Made by a program: the position numbers and the translations under genes. 64,000 nt of DNA, taken from NCBI RefSeq assembly GCF_006345805.1, contig NC_043012.1, positions 37,820,001 to 37,884,000 of the forward strand. The letters are read 5' to 3'. The DNA comes from Octopus sinensis (lineage: Eukaryota). The notes beneath the pieces were generated by a model. That model worked only from the letters and a program-made list of their open reading frames with translations. It made no database searches and had not been told where the DNA came from. Position 1 is the stretch's first letter. The number at the start of each line of letters is the position of its first letter. Below, in pieces: positions 36,786-48,422 of the stretch.

Positions 36786-36869
36786 ATAATTGAAGAATTC
36801 TTAGTTTCTAAAGATGTTTTACCAAAGAACAATCTTCAGTGGAAAAGTCCAAATATGAAGAAATTCGAG
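36786..36869 (+). CDS. GEN1: GEN1 coding exon 7
   Basis: IIEEFLVSKDVLPKNNLQWKSPNMKKFE. TGTAG acceptor, GTGAGA donor. 84 nt. Confidence 0.9.
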
Positions 36870-38176
36870 GTGAGATTTCTACTAATCACAACATAATTGT
36901 TTTGTTCATGAATGTGTGTGAGTCTCTACAGAACCACCTCATCCATTAGAAATAACTGCCAAATCACAGCTTTTATTATTTGTGTAGTACCATTGGCTGG
37001 GCTTGAACCATGTATCATGGCACTCCACATTATAGACACAAAACAGAACAATACCATTAGTTATTACAAACATAACATGAGGCAGAACAATAGTACCACT
37101 GGTAGGATTTGAACTATGTATCTATCACTTGCTATTTGACTATGTCACCAATAATTCTACAGACTTCCTGCCATTACCAATTCTTAAGTTCATCATCATC
37201 ATTCAGTGTCCGTTTTCCATGTTAGTATGGACTGGATAGGTCGACAGGAGCTGGCAAGGCTGGAGGGCTGACCAGGCTCCAGTCGTCTGTTTTGGCATGG
37301 TTTCTATAGCTGGATGCCTTTCCTAACACCAACCTCTTTACAGAATGTACCAAGTGCTTTTTATGTGGCACCATCCATTGACAGAGTCACCAAGTGTCTT
37401 GCAAGACAAAAGTTGTTGATGTAGTTTCAACTTAACAATTTTATGAAAGCAACACTTTCTTTATTGTGTAATTGGTAAATCGGCTGACAGGTGTGCAACA
37501 CAGGTAGTTCAAGTGCCAGCTGCAGATTCATCACTATTTTCTGTTTCAGGCAGCTTCTTATGGCAACTCCTCCTGCTAGAAATAACAGCCAGATCTCTCT
37601 TAAATCACACTCTACTTTCTTTAAAGAAGAAAATGAAGAATCGTCTGGTGATCATAATATGAATTTGTTCTCATTTGGAGTCACTGTCCTCCTCAGTATG
37701 ATCAGAGTACCACACCTGACTCACACATTTTATTTGAGGCTTAGTTTTTTGCAGCTGTCTGCCCTTCTTACCACTGGGTGTTCTGGGTGCCTTTTGGCAC
37801 CAGCACAAGTAAGGTAGTTGTGTCCTCAATAAGATTAAAGGGTTTTCTTGACCGAACAGTACATATTGGGTAACATCATCAACATTTAATGTCCATTTGA
37901 CTGGATCTGGTGAGCCACATGGCTGCATTGTGCTTCATGTTAGCTTTGGCATGGTTTCTATGTTAGGATGGCTCTTTCTAACACCAAATCTGAAATAGAA
38001 TATGTCTAAAAAGACAGGACAGTCAAGGCTAGATTGTCTTTGATCATAGGTATTGTTAATCAGGATGAACCCAGTGCTAAACAACATTAAAATTTTATAA
38101 ATTATTTTTTCATTCATGTTTTTCTTGTTATTCTAGAGATAATTATATAAGTACTTGTTTCATGTTACTTTTATAG

Positions 38177-38316
38177 AATTTCATGGCTGTCAATCTGGAA
38201 TGGCCCAAAGATTATGCTGTGCAGAAAGTTCTACCACTTCTTACAAGATGGATTATGTTGGAGATAGTCGGTCTGGTCACAACTAAAACTCGTGGACTTT
38301 ATCTCACCCCTGTAAA
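38177..38316 (+). CDS. GEN1: GEN1 coding exon 8
   Basis: NFMAVNLEWPKDYAVQKVLPLLTRWIMLEIVGLVTTKTRGLYLTPV-K (EWPxxYA motif). Donor GTGAGT. 140 nt. Confidence 0.92.
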
Positions 38317-39482
38317 GTGAGTACCCTTTTCCAACACTACCACCATCACATTTACTACCAGTCCATATTTTATCACAAACGAACAACCACCACTACCACC
38401 ACCATCACATACCATTGACAAGACAAGGGAAAAAGTTATGTTCTGTGTTTGGTGAGACATGAAGAGTAGCAGCTGTCATGAAATGTGAAACCAAAATGTG
38501 GAGAAGCATTGTTGATTGTTGGAAGCATTGCAGCAGAAAAGGTGCTTCTCCTTGATCAGTTGTAAATGGAGGTTGCTCTTAAAATCTGGTACCCCGTTGG
38601 TTACATCAGTCTGGTCAATGGAAAAACCTGCTTGAAAAATTAATGTGCAAGTGGTTGAGCGTTCCACAGACATGCATGCCCCTAACATAGTCCTCAGAGA
38701 GATTCGGTGTGATACGAAATGTGTCAAAGCCAGCCCTTTGAAATACAGCTACAACTCATTTTTGCCAGCTGAGTGGACTGGAGCAATAAAGTGAAATAAT
38801 GTGTCTTGCTCAAGGACACAATGCCTTTGGCAATCGAACCCGCAACCTTACAAATGTGATCCAAAATACTTGAGCCACAGGTGTTGCTCTTACACGGTAA
38901 CGTACGACCACATATCGCCCAAGTCACTCAGGAAAAGCATTTGGCAGTGAATTTAGAAGTTTTGCCTCATCAGCCTCGTTCTCTTCATCTGACTCAATTT
39001 TTCAGAACATTGCAACATTATTTTATTTAGAAAAGTGGCTCTCAACTGGGGTCCATATGACCTTTGGCGGGGTCCATATAAGATTTTGTCGTTAAAGTTT
39101 ACATGAAATAAATTGATTATATTTCTAAAGTTAACAAAATATTAAAAAATTTTTTTGATACAATTCCTAATAATATTATATAGATGATACATAAAAAAAA
39201 AAACAACAGCAGACGTTTTTTTAAGCATCAAATGGCTGTGGGGATTCAGTAGGGGTTCATAGGCAAAAAATGGTTGCAGACCACTGATTTCGAGAGAAAA
39301 CAGTTAATTAATTGTGATGAGGTTAGAAATGATATTTAGTGTTTTGTTGCTTCCAAAGCTGAAGAATTTTATGCGCAAGTGATCAATGATATGCTAAATA
39401 GTTGGGATTTTACAGTTCTATATTTAAGAGATGAGGAATTATTTACATTTGACGGATATTTGTCCTCATCTTCTTTGTTGTT

Positions 39483-39528
39483 AACACAATGTTTTGGCTG
39501 ATATACCCTCCAGCCTTCATCAGGTGAC
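39483..39528 (-). ncRNA. Decayed hammerhead (G12A, G16.2A)
   Basis: GUCAC CUGAUGA A GGCUG gaggguauau CAGCC AAAAC AUU GUGUU. Confidence 0.6.
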
Positions 39529-39683
39529 TTGGGGAAATTTTGAACCTGGGTTCTCATTCTTAAGGTATTTTTCGATGTTGTTGTTGTTCAGGTCACTGCC
39601 AGGAATCGAACTCAGAATCTTGGGGTTAGTAGCCTGCACTCTTAACCACTACACCATATGCCAAGTTTGATTTCAGGCAGTGA

Positions 39684-39720
<37 letters not shown>

Positions 39721-40006
39721 CATCGTTTAGCATCCGCTTTCCATGCTGGCATGGGTTGGACTGTCCAACTGGGGTCTGGGAAGCCAGAAGGCTGCACCAG
39801 GCCCAGTCTGACCTGGCAATGTTTCTACAGCTGATATGCTCTTCCTAACGCCAACCACTCCATGAGTGTAGTGGGTGCATTTTACGTGCCACCGGCACGG
39901 AGGCCAGGCGAGGCTGGCAATGGCCATGATCGGATGGTGCTTTTTACGTGCCAATAATATCGCAAAATACCTTAGGAATGAAAACGCAGGTTCGAAATTT
40001 CCCCGA

Positions 40007-40052
40007 GACACCTGATGAAGGCTGAAGGGTATATCAGCCGAAACATTTTGTT
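40007..40052 (+). ncRNA. Hammerhead with CUGAUGA and GAAAC intact but stems I and III damaged
   Basis: GACAC CTGATGA A GGCTG aagggtatat CAGCC GAAAC ATT TTGTT. Confidence 0.65.
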
Positions 40053-41180
40053 AACAACAAACAAGATGAGGACAAATATCCATCAAATGTAAATAATATA
40101 AGATGGGATTTTGTTATGAAATAATGAGGGAAATATCTTGATGAAATCAATTAAAATCCTAGAAGCATTTATCCTCACTACCCCCCCCCACTCCATCTTG
40201 AAATGCGACACAACTTTCTTTCCAACCTAATTTATGTAGTATATATATCTGTTTCTCTATCAGCCAATCAATCAATCAATCATCATCATTTAACATCCGT
40301 TTTTCCATGCTGGTATGAGTTGGACAGTTTGATGGGAGCTGGTAAAGCCAGGAGGGTGGGGAGGGCACACCAGACTCCATTGTCTGTGGTTTCTATGGTT
40401 AGATGTCCTTCCTAACACCAAACACTTTGCAATCAATCATCAATATATATCATCATCATCATTTAATGTCCATCTTCCATGCATTCATGGGTAGGATGGT
40501 TGACAGGAGCTAGCCAGGTAGAAGACTACCCCAGGCTACTCTGTCTGTTTTGGCAGGGTTTTTACAGCTGGATGCCCTTCCTAACACCAACCACTCTGCA
40601 GAGTTGACTCAGTGCTTTTCACTTGGCACTAGCACAGGTGAGGTTAGTTTCAGCATGATTTTTACAGCTGGATACCCTTCCAAACACCAACCACATTACA
40701 GTGGGGACTGGATTTTTTAAATGTGGCATCAGCAATGGCAGGGCAACCAAGAAGTAACTCGCAAGACAAGGAATTATGAGAGAAGGAACTTGTGTCAGAG
40801 GATGAAAAGTTAGTGTTGTGACAGAGAGACAGAAAGAAACAGAAGCAGATGTCTTGCCACAACAGAGTGGGGGGTGGGGCATTAGAAGAGGAGGTGATCC
40901 AGTATCACATGATGAAAGGTTAGACTATAACAGAGAAAGAGGGAGGCGCAAATAGGTGTCTTGCTATAGAGAAGCTACATATTAGGCTTCTGTGTGGTTT
41001 CTGCTTATTGCATTACACTCATACAACCCATGGGTACGATCAAAGACACCTGCCTAAGTTTTTGCACTGCAGTCTTAAACCTAAGAACATTTGGTTACAA
41101 ATCAAACTTCATAAACCACATAACCATACCTGAACCATACCTGAACCATTTTTAGCTCAGTAAATTTCTTGACATTGTAG

Positions 41181-41242
41181 AATCCTAAAGAATCGAGTTT
41201 GTAAAGGTGTACAATCTGTTGAAGTGGAATGGAAAATTTCAG
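41181..41242 (+). CDS. GEN1: GEN1 coding exon 9 (chromodomain)
   Basis: ILKNRVCKGVQSVEVEWKIS-G. TTGTAG acceptor, GTGAGT donor. 62 nt. Confidence 0.92.
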
Positions 41243-41734
41243 GTGAGTTATTTTATTTATGTATATATTTTTTTGTTTCTAATTCCTGTCTTGTGGACAG
41301 AGGTCAGTGTCGGTTGAGTTGCTTAGCTCTAGGTCAGGCCACGCTGAATATATTCATGATCAAAGATTTTTCAACTATGATAATTTTTTTTTTCTTTTTC
41401 GATAAAATCAGCTTTCTAGAATTATATTATCTAAACTTTTCTCCTTTTGGAAGTCTAAAATGAGAATTGATGGAGATAATTGATGCTTACTATCTGTGTG
41501 TGTGTGTGTGTGTGTTTGAATACATGTGTGAGTGTATGACTGCGTGTGTGTATGTCTGAATATACATGTGAGTGTATGACTGTGTGTGTGTTTGAATATG
41601 TGAATGCATGACTGTGTGTGTTTGAATATGTGTGAGTGTATGATGATGTGTGTGTGTGTTCGAATACATGTGAGTGTATGGCTGTGTGTGTCTGTGTTCT
41701 TGTGTTCATCTCTATGCATGTGTATGTCTGTGTT

Positions 41735-42110
41735 CTCTTATTCTTTTACTTGTTTCAGTCTTTTGGAGCACTGCCTTAAAGGGTTTTAGTCGAACAGATC
41801 GACCCCAGGACTTTGTAAGCCTAGTACTTATTCTATCGGCCTCTTTTTGCCAAACTGCTAATTTACAAGGACATAAACACACCACCGCCAGTTGTCAAGC
41901 AGTGATGGTGGTGGTGGGGAGAAACACAGACACATTTACATATATACATACATACACATATATATATACGACTTGCTTCTTTCAGCTTTCCGTCTACCAA
42001 ATCCATTCACAAGGCTTTGGTTGGCCGGAGGCTATAGAAGACACTTGCCCAAGGTGCCACGCAGTGGGACTGAACTCAGAACCAAGTTTCTTAGCACACA
42101 GCCATGCCTG
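41735..42110 (-). mobile_element. CORE-like tRNA-derived SINE, near full length
   Basis: Same family as 36230-36615. Confidence 0.75.
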
Positions 42111-42471
42111 TGCCTGTATATATATATAAATATATATCATCATCATCATTTTCTGTTTTCTATGCTGGCATGGGTTGGACACTTTGATAGGAACTATCCA
42201 GCCAAAGATCTGTCCAGGCTCCAGTTATCTGTTGATTTCTACAGCTGGATGCCCTTCCTAACGCTGCCACTCCAAACGTGTAATGGGTGCTTTTTACATA
42301 CCACTTACATGACACCAGCATCGGCCACAGCTATGCTTTCACTTGGATTGACAAATCTTCTCAAGCACAGCACATCACCAAGGTCTCAGTCACTTGTCAT
42401 TGCCTCATATGTATGTCACTGGATGGAGTACTTTTTAAGTTGAACTTACCTCAGTGGAACAGATATATATA

Positions 42472-42514
<43 letters not shown>

Positions 42515-42757
42515 TTCATATACATATATTTTGGATGATGCTGTATCAGTTTTGCTAGTTATATTTTTAATTATTTGATTATTTGATGTCCACCCACCAA
42601 TAGGAATTCATCATGTAGAATTTTAGCTGAACCTTACCACAAGCAGTGAACCCTGAAGAAGGAAATATCATTCGATGGAATTGAATAAGGACTGTTCCTA
42701 CAGCCCCTTAACATTTACTGAAACAGCCATAGGTTTTAACTGACTTTTACCTACCTG

Positions 42758-43033
42758 CAGTGGCAGACTGGCCAGGTTGCCAGCTTGCCTGATGGCATGT
42801 GGGCCCCTGCACCATTAGAATCCATTTATGGTGGCCCATGTTAGTATCTCCTCAAATTTGAGAATTTTTTATTCACTCCTCAAAGGATGCATTATTCCAG
42901 CCTGGCTGTGTTTGTAGACAGTTGAAAAGAATACTTTAAACAAAAAGAATAAAATTAAATGATAGCATTGGAGTTGCGGGTGGGCCCCCTTACTCTCCTG
43001 GCAACTAATATTTTTAGACCCAGTCTGCCACTG
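42758..43033. mobile_element. hAT-type MITE
   Basis: 14-bp perfect TIR CAGTGGCAGACTGG. 8-bp flanks CCTACCTG and CTTACATG match at 6/8. Confidence 0.7.
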
Positions 43034-43483
43034 CTTACATGATATCGTGTATTACTGAACTCTCTTTATTCTCCCTTGAATACATGTATCTACACACGCA
43101 TACATGGTTTTCATGTTATATCTTAATTCATTTACACTTTATATCTTATTATTCTTATTTTTATATTATCTTTTATTCAAATTTTTAATATAAACAGGTA
43201 TCCCATCCAAGCCTTATAAATCACTAAAAGCAGGATTTCATTTTCGGATGTAAAATACTGACAACTGAAATATTTAGGTTCTACAAAGAAAATTTTATAT
43301 ATATATATATATACATACATATATATTTAAAATTGCAATTCAGAAATGTGCTTTCCTCCACTATTATCAAAGAAAGGAAATGAAAGTAAAACCAAATGTC
43401 AAAATAGAATGGGTGATTCTATTGGGGTAAATTATAAGTTATATATTATAGGTAGATTATAAAAAAAATTTGCCCTATATAGT

Positions 43484-43855
43484 AGGAGTGACTGTGTGGT
43501 AAGTAGCTTGCTTACCAAGCGCATGGTTCCAGGTTCAGTCCCACTGCATAGCATCTTGGACAAGTATCTTCTACTGCAGCCTCGGGCTGTCCAAAGCTTT
43601 GTGAATGGATATGGTAGGCAGAAACTGAAAGAAGCCTGTCATGTGTGTGTGTGTATGTTTGTGTGTCTGTTGACAACTGATGTTGGTATGTTTACGTCCC
43701 CATAATTTTGCAGTCCAGCAAAAGGGACCAAAAGATTAAGTACCTGGCTTACAAAGAATAAGTCCTGGGTTTGATTATTTTGACTTAAAGTGTAGTGCTC
43801 CAGCATGGCCACAGTTGAATGACTGAAACAAATAAAAGAGTAAAGGAGTATAACA
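43484..43855 (+). mobile_element. CORE-like tRNA-derived SINE, full length
   Basis: Starts GGAGTGACTGTGTGGTAAGTAGC and ends AAATAAAAGAGTAAAGG. Confidence 0.8.
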
Positions 43856-43987
43856 AAGCATGCTAAAGTGAAACCGTACAAAATGAATAGTGTGAAAACT
43901 GAAGACTGTTTTCCCCATACATGCTTGCATGTATGTATATATAATATATACATACATGCTTGCATGTATGTATATATAATATATATA

Positions 43988-44230
43988 CAGGGTTGGGCAA
44001 AAGTCACCTGACAGTAAATCGAAACCATTTAATTCCAAGATTAAAACAAAAAAATTAGTTTACATGTGACTTCAGTAATAAATAAATGGTGGGGGGGGGG
44101 AAGAAATGGTGATTTTTAACTCACAACATTCAATTATTAAACATTCATAATTGGAATGAATAAATAAAATTGAATATTAAGTATTTATGGAATTTTTGAT
44201 TTACTGTTGGGTGACTTTTGGCCAACCCTG
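43988..44230. mobile_element. Tc1/mariner-type MITE
   Basis: About 33-bp imperfect TIR CAGGGTTGGGCAAAAGTCACC...AGTAAATC, flanked by TA on both sides. Confidence 0.8.
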
Positions 44231-44474
44231 TATATGTTTTATATACATATATATATTAAAAGAAATGAGGTAATCAGAAGATCGGATGGTTCATATTTAT
44301 AGATATTTATTTATATATTACATTTTTTACATATATATATATCATATCATTCAGATTATTAGCGCTTTCTCCCATTCTAGAGGGGTTTTCAAATCAAATT
44401 GGTCAGCCTGAGGCTATAGTAGAAAAAACTTGCCCAAGGTTCCACACAGTGGGACTGAACCCAGTGGGACTGAC

Positions 44475-44903
44475 CAATCAAGGAACGGCCATAATAGGCC
44501 ATTCACCCACTAGAAATAACAGCCAAAACTGGTTAGTTCCGTAATGGAATCGGCGGCTTATATTTATTTGCTGCCGATAAATTTGGCGCGAGTGCGACGA
44601 TTTGAAAATTTTAGGTCAGATATTGGCGAGGCATGGACGTGAATGCCTCGTGAAAAATATCTGTTCCGATTTGGCTATTCCTTACTGATGAATCTAAGGG
44701 CCTATGGTAGATTGGCTTGATTTAATTTAATCAGGTTAGTTTACCATTAAACAGTAGACGAAACGGTGCATCGTATAAGGAATTTCAGGGTAATGTTTTT
44801 TTAATTTTCTCCTGGTTTACAGAATTAATGTTATTTTGCGGTTGAAGCTTTTTGGCTGTTATTTCTAGTGGGTGAATGGCCTATTATGGCCGTTCCTTGA
44901 TTG
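44475..44903 (+). mobile_element. 429-bp element with perfect 54-bp terminal inverted repeats enclosing hammerhead H4
   Basis: 44475-44528 is the exact reverse complement of 44850-44903. The repeat includes TTTGGCTGTTATTTCTAG, a motif that recurs downstream of other hammerheads. Confidence 0.85.
44677..44783 (+). ncRNA. Type I hammerhead ribozyme with complete core and extended stem II (H4), sense in GEN1 intron 10; predicted cleavage after 44775
   Basis: AUUCCUUA CUGAUGA A UCUA [7x7 loop + 19-bp hairpin 44704-44747] UAGA C GAAA C GG UGCA UC GUA^UAAGGAAU. Stem I is 8/8. A10.1-C11.1 mismatch. Confidence 0.8.
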
Positions 44904-45003
44904 TGATATTGAACTTAAAAATGGTTTATGACTATTTAATTTTTTCCCACTAGGCCGCTGGGGGCAAAAGAATTCTACAAAATTTTTTGCCTCCCTATAT
45001 TGA

Positions 45004-45050
<47 letters not shown>

Positions 45051-45098
45051 ATATATATATTATGTATATGTTTATACAGTGTTTATTTTTTCTCCAAG

Positions 45099-45218
45099 GA
45101 TCTTCTGAAAATGAAGCTTATGTTACTGTTGAGGACAGAGAAATGGTTGGCCAGTGTTTTCCTGATCTCTTGGAGCAATTTTCACAGGAATTAAAGAAGA
45201 AAACAAAGACAAAACCTG
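45099..45218 (+). CDS. GEN1: GEN1 coding exon 10 (chromodomain end, basic patch)
   Basis: SSENEAYVTVEDREMVGQCFPDLLEQFSQELKKKTKTKP. CCAAG acceptor, GTTGGT donor. 120 nt. Confidence 0.88.
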
Positions 45219-45682
45219 GTTGGTTGATGTTTATTTCTTAAATGAACTCCTGTCATTTAGTGATGTGTTGCAATGTTGCTTGTAGCTAGGTTAGCGATTT
45301 ACTATATCACTCTATATTGTTTTAACAGACTTATGCCATGTAGTGATGTGTCATAGCTTAATAGCTAGGTTAGGGTTCTATGCAGCACGACAGAACTCAT
45401 TAGAATATTCAGTAAAATAATTAATATCTTGGTTTCAAATTTTGACACAAGATCAGTAAAATTAATTAAATAATTAAAGTGATAGGTCAACTCAGGCATT
45501 TATATGTGGCTGTGTGGTAAGTAGCTTGTTAACCAACCACATGGTTCTGGGTTCAGTCCCACTGTGTGGAACCTTGGGCAAGTTTTTTCTACTATAGCCT
45601 CAGGCTGACCAAAGCCTTGTGAGCGGATTTGGTAGATGGAAACTGAAAGAAGCCCATTGTATATATAATATATATATATATA

Positions 45683-46704
45683 TCTTTATATATAAAACTG
45701 AGAATGTGTGCCTGTCTGTCTGTGTGTTTCCCTAAAACTTGAGAACTACACAACCAATTTCATTCAAATTTTACACATGCCTTACTTAGGGTCCATGTAG
45801 TTTCATGGGCAAAAAAAAAAGTTCAACTTCTTGCCTAGAGCGAGCCCATAGCAATATCATATCTTCTCCACTATTTCGGTATTACGTGTTAAAAGTGAAA
45901 CAAAAACATTTCTCTATTTTATGTCAGATACTTTCACTTTAACAATAAAAATAATAATAACAATTGAATTATATGTCGTAAGTAATAATTAAAATCAAAC
46001 TAAAGTATAATATAATCGTAACATAACAAAAAATAAAAATAGCAATGTGTATAAAATTGCATCAATGACTTGAATTTGAATAAGTGGTTTCACATGAATG
46101 GGAATAAATTAAAAATAAAATTAGCATGCAGAAATGGAATAGTCCAGATGGATAATAAAAAATTAAATTAAAGAAAAGACTATTGTCTATAAAGTATACA
46201 ATGTACAGAAAAAAGAAGATTCGAAGACTTGGAGGAAAGCACCTTCGAAAAGTGTCTTGGTGCGACTATGAAAGATATCTAATCAGAGGCAGTAAATTCG
46301 TCACAATAGAAGCAAGGTTCGAGTCAACGGAGCGTGCAAGGGAGTACTCGACTCGAACTTGCAAAGTGGAAATATTTTATTTTACCTTTATATCTGGGAC
46401 GAAGGATGTCCGGGAAAAAAATTTAAAATGTCCCTCCAGAAGTAGGCTGGATTGTAGCCACACTTCTATACAAGAGGGAGGACAAGATACAATTGATCGA
46501 AATTACAAGAGTTGGGCTAACAATTCCAGTCTGTTATATATTTTGAGTATTGTTATCACTAGTGATATCAAGATATAACTTTGTATTTTGTATTTTATGT
46601 GTAGATGTATTTATATAGTTGTACATGTAATATGTACACATATACACGCACATATATACATGCACTAGCACTATGACCCGGCAACGACAGGTCTTTAATG
46701 CTAG
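45683..46704 (+). mobile_element. Non-autonomous Helitron
   Basis: A/TC...ATATATAAAA start. 3' GC hairpin GACCCGGCAACGACAGGTC followed by CTAG/T at 46701-46705. Confidence 0.65.
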
Positions 46705-47236
46705 TGAGTATATATATATATATATATGTGCGTGTGTGTGTGTGTGTATATTTTGTATGTGTGTGTGTGTGTGTATATATATATATAGTCTGACTCAGAC
46801 TACTTTTTATGTCTCTCCTTTTCCCTTAAGTTATTTTCCTGTCATCTTAGAGGAGGGAGTAGGTTAAGCCAGTCTTGTGTTTATACTAGCTTTGTACACC
46901 CCCTCTAGTATATATAGCTATGATGTTGTAGGTACAACATGTTCTTTGTGTATCTCTTTAACTTATTGGAGATCTTAGGTAAAATTATACTAATGTGTTC
47001 ATCTGTTCTAATTTAATTAAATTCCATGTCTTTGTGCAGCTGAAGGTTGCTCTACATTTTAAATTGATGTAATGAAATGATTGCATTGTTCAATTAAATG
47101 GAGTTGCATGAAACGATTGTACTGCATTACCTCTGGATATCCTTGTTGCTTATTTTGATTATAATGACCTCATTGTAAGGATAATACCGTACAAATTCTG
47201 GTGCCTCAACTTACGTACCATATTCATCTGAATCTA

Positions 47237-47272
<36 letters not shown>

Positions 47273-47502
47273 GCATACATATGTAGGGATCTAGATTGGC
47301 CCTGCTTGAGATTTGAAACCAAATCCACCTGCTTGTCGCAGGAAATCCTCTCCACACCAGGACTTGTGCTCCCCCTAGGACATGTGCTGGTCAAGGAAAG
47401 GTCAGTCCTTTGTTTAGGGTTTGACCTACATTACTGACCATAGTCTATATAACAGAGAGAATTTCCTATCTCCTTCTCTTTTGTGTCAGCCATGACCAAT
47501 AG

Positions 47503-47587
<85 letters not shown>

Positions 47588-48311
47588 TATATCATCATCA
47601 TCATTTAGCGTCCGCTTTCCATGCTAGCATGGGTTGGACGGTTCAACTGGGGTCTGTGAAGCTGGAAGGCTTCGTCAGGCCCAGTCAGATCTGGCAGTGT
47701 TTCTACGGCTGGATGCCCTTCCTAACGCCAATGTGTAGATGTATATATATAGATATACATGTAATATGTACACGTATATATACGCATATATACATGCACT
47801 AGCACATAATGCTAGTATGAATATATAAATGTGTGTGTGTGTATATATATATATTTTTATTTATTAATTGTATTTCTATTCATTTGTATATGTTAAGTAA
47901 GATTATAGTGATGATATAGAGTATCATGGAGGTATATAAGAGTTAGGGGTAGTGGAAAATGTTGAGGAATCCAGACCTGAAGATTGGGAGTATGTCGACC
48001 CAATTAAGTATTGAAACTAGATACCTCGTATCTAATCAATACCGACGTATTTTCATGAAACACGAGTAGTCTTTTAAACGGAAAATACAGGATTCAGAAT
48101 AGATATAGTTAGTATAAGATTTAATTTTTAACATTTTATGGAATAGTCGGGTATAAAATCTTTGAGTGTTGATTGAGTTGAAGGTGGTTCTGTCTTTAAA
48201 ATTACTTTTATATATACGAATTAAACATTGAGAGATGTTCATTTTAGTACGTCTAATTTGAATGTCTTTTTTCTGTGTACTCGGAAGTAATATTCCCTAA
48301 TAATAATAATG

Positions 48312-48372
<61 letters not shown>

Positions 48373-48422
48373 TATATTTCATGAAGTGTATGTAGCTGGT
48401 GTTTATCAATTTCTCCTTTCAG

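Larger units (their letters stand above)
39412..40098. mobile_element. tRNA-headed hammerhead SINE as a head-to-head inverted pair; plus arm interrupted by an RTE tail (39721-39952)
   Basis: Minus arm 39662->39412 has A box TGGTGTAGTGG, B box GAGTTCGATTC, (CAA)n, a hammerhead and the 3' end AACTGT. Plus arm starts at the B box. TGGGATTTT flanks both ends (39403-39411 and 40104-40112). Confidence 0.8.

Noticed and set aside
47977-48042. CTGAAGA...GAAAC with hairpins
   Set aside because: GAAA is not adjacent to stem II and stem I cannot form. It is better explained as a simple hairpin, 48008-48042.
48275-48422. N-terminal part of the 1121-aa ORF (MYSEVIFPNNNN...IYIYIY)
   Set aside because: Translated intronic microsatellite. 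The real exon starts at the acceptor 48422/48423.
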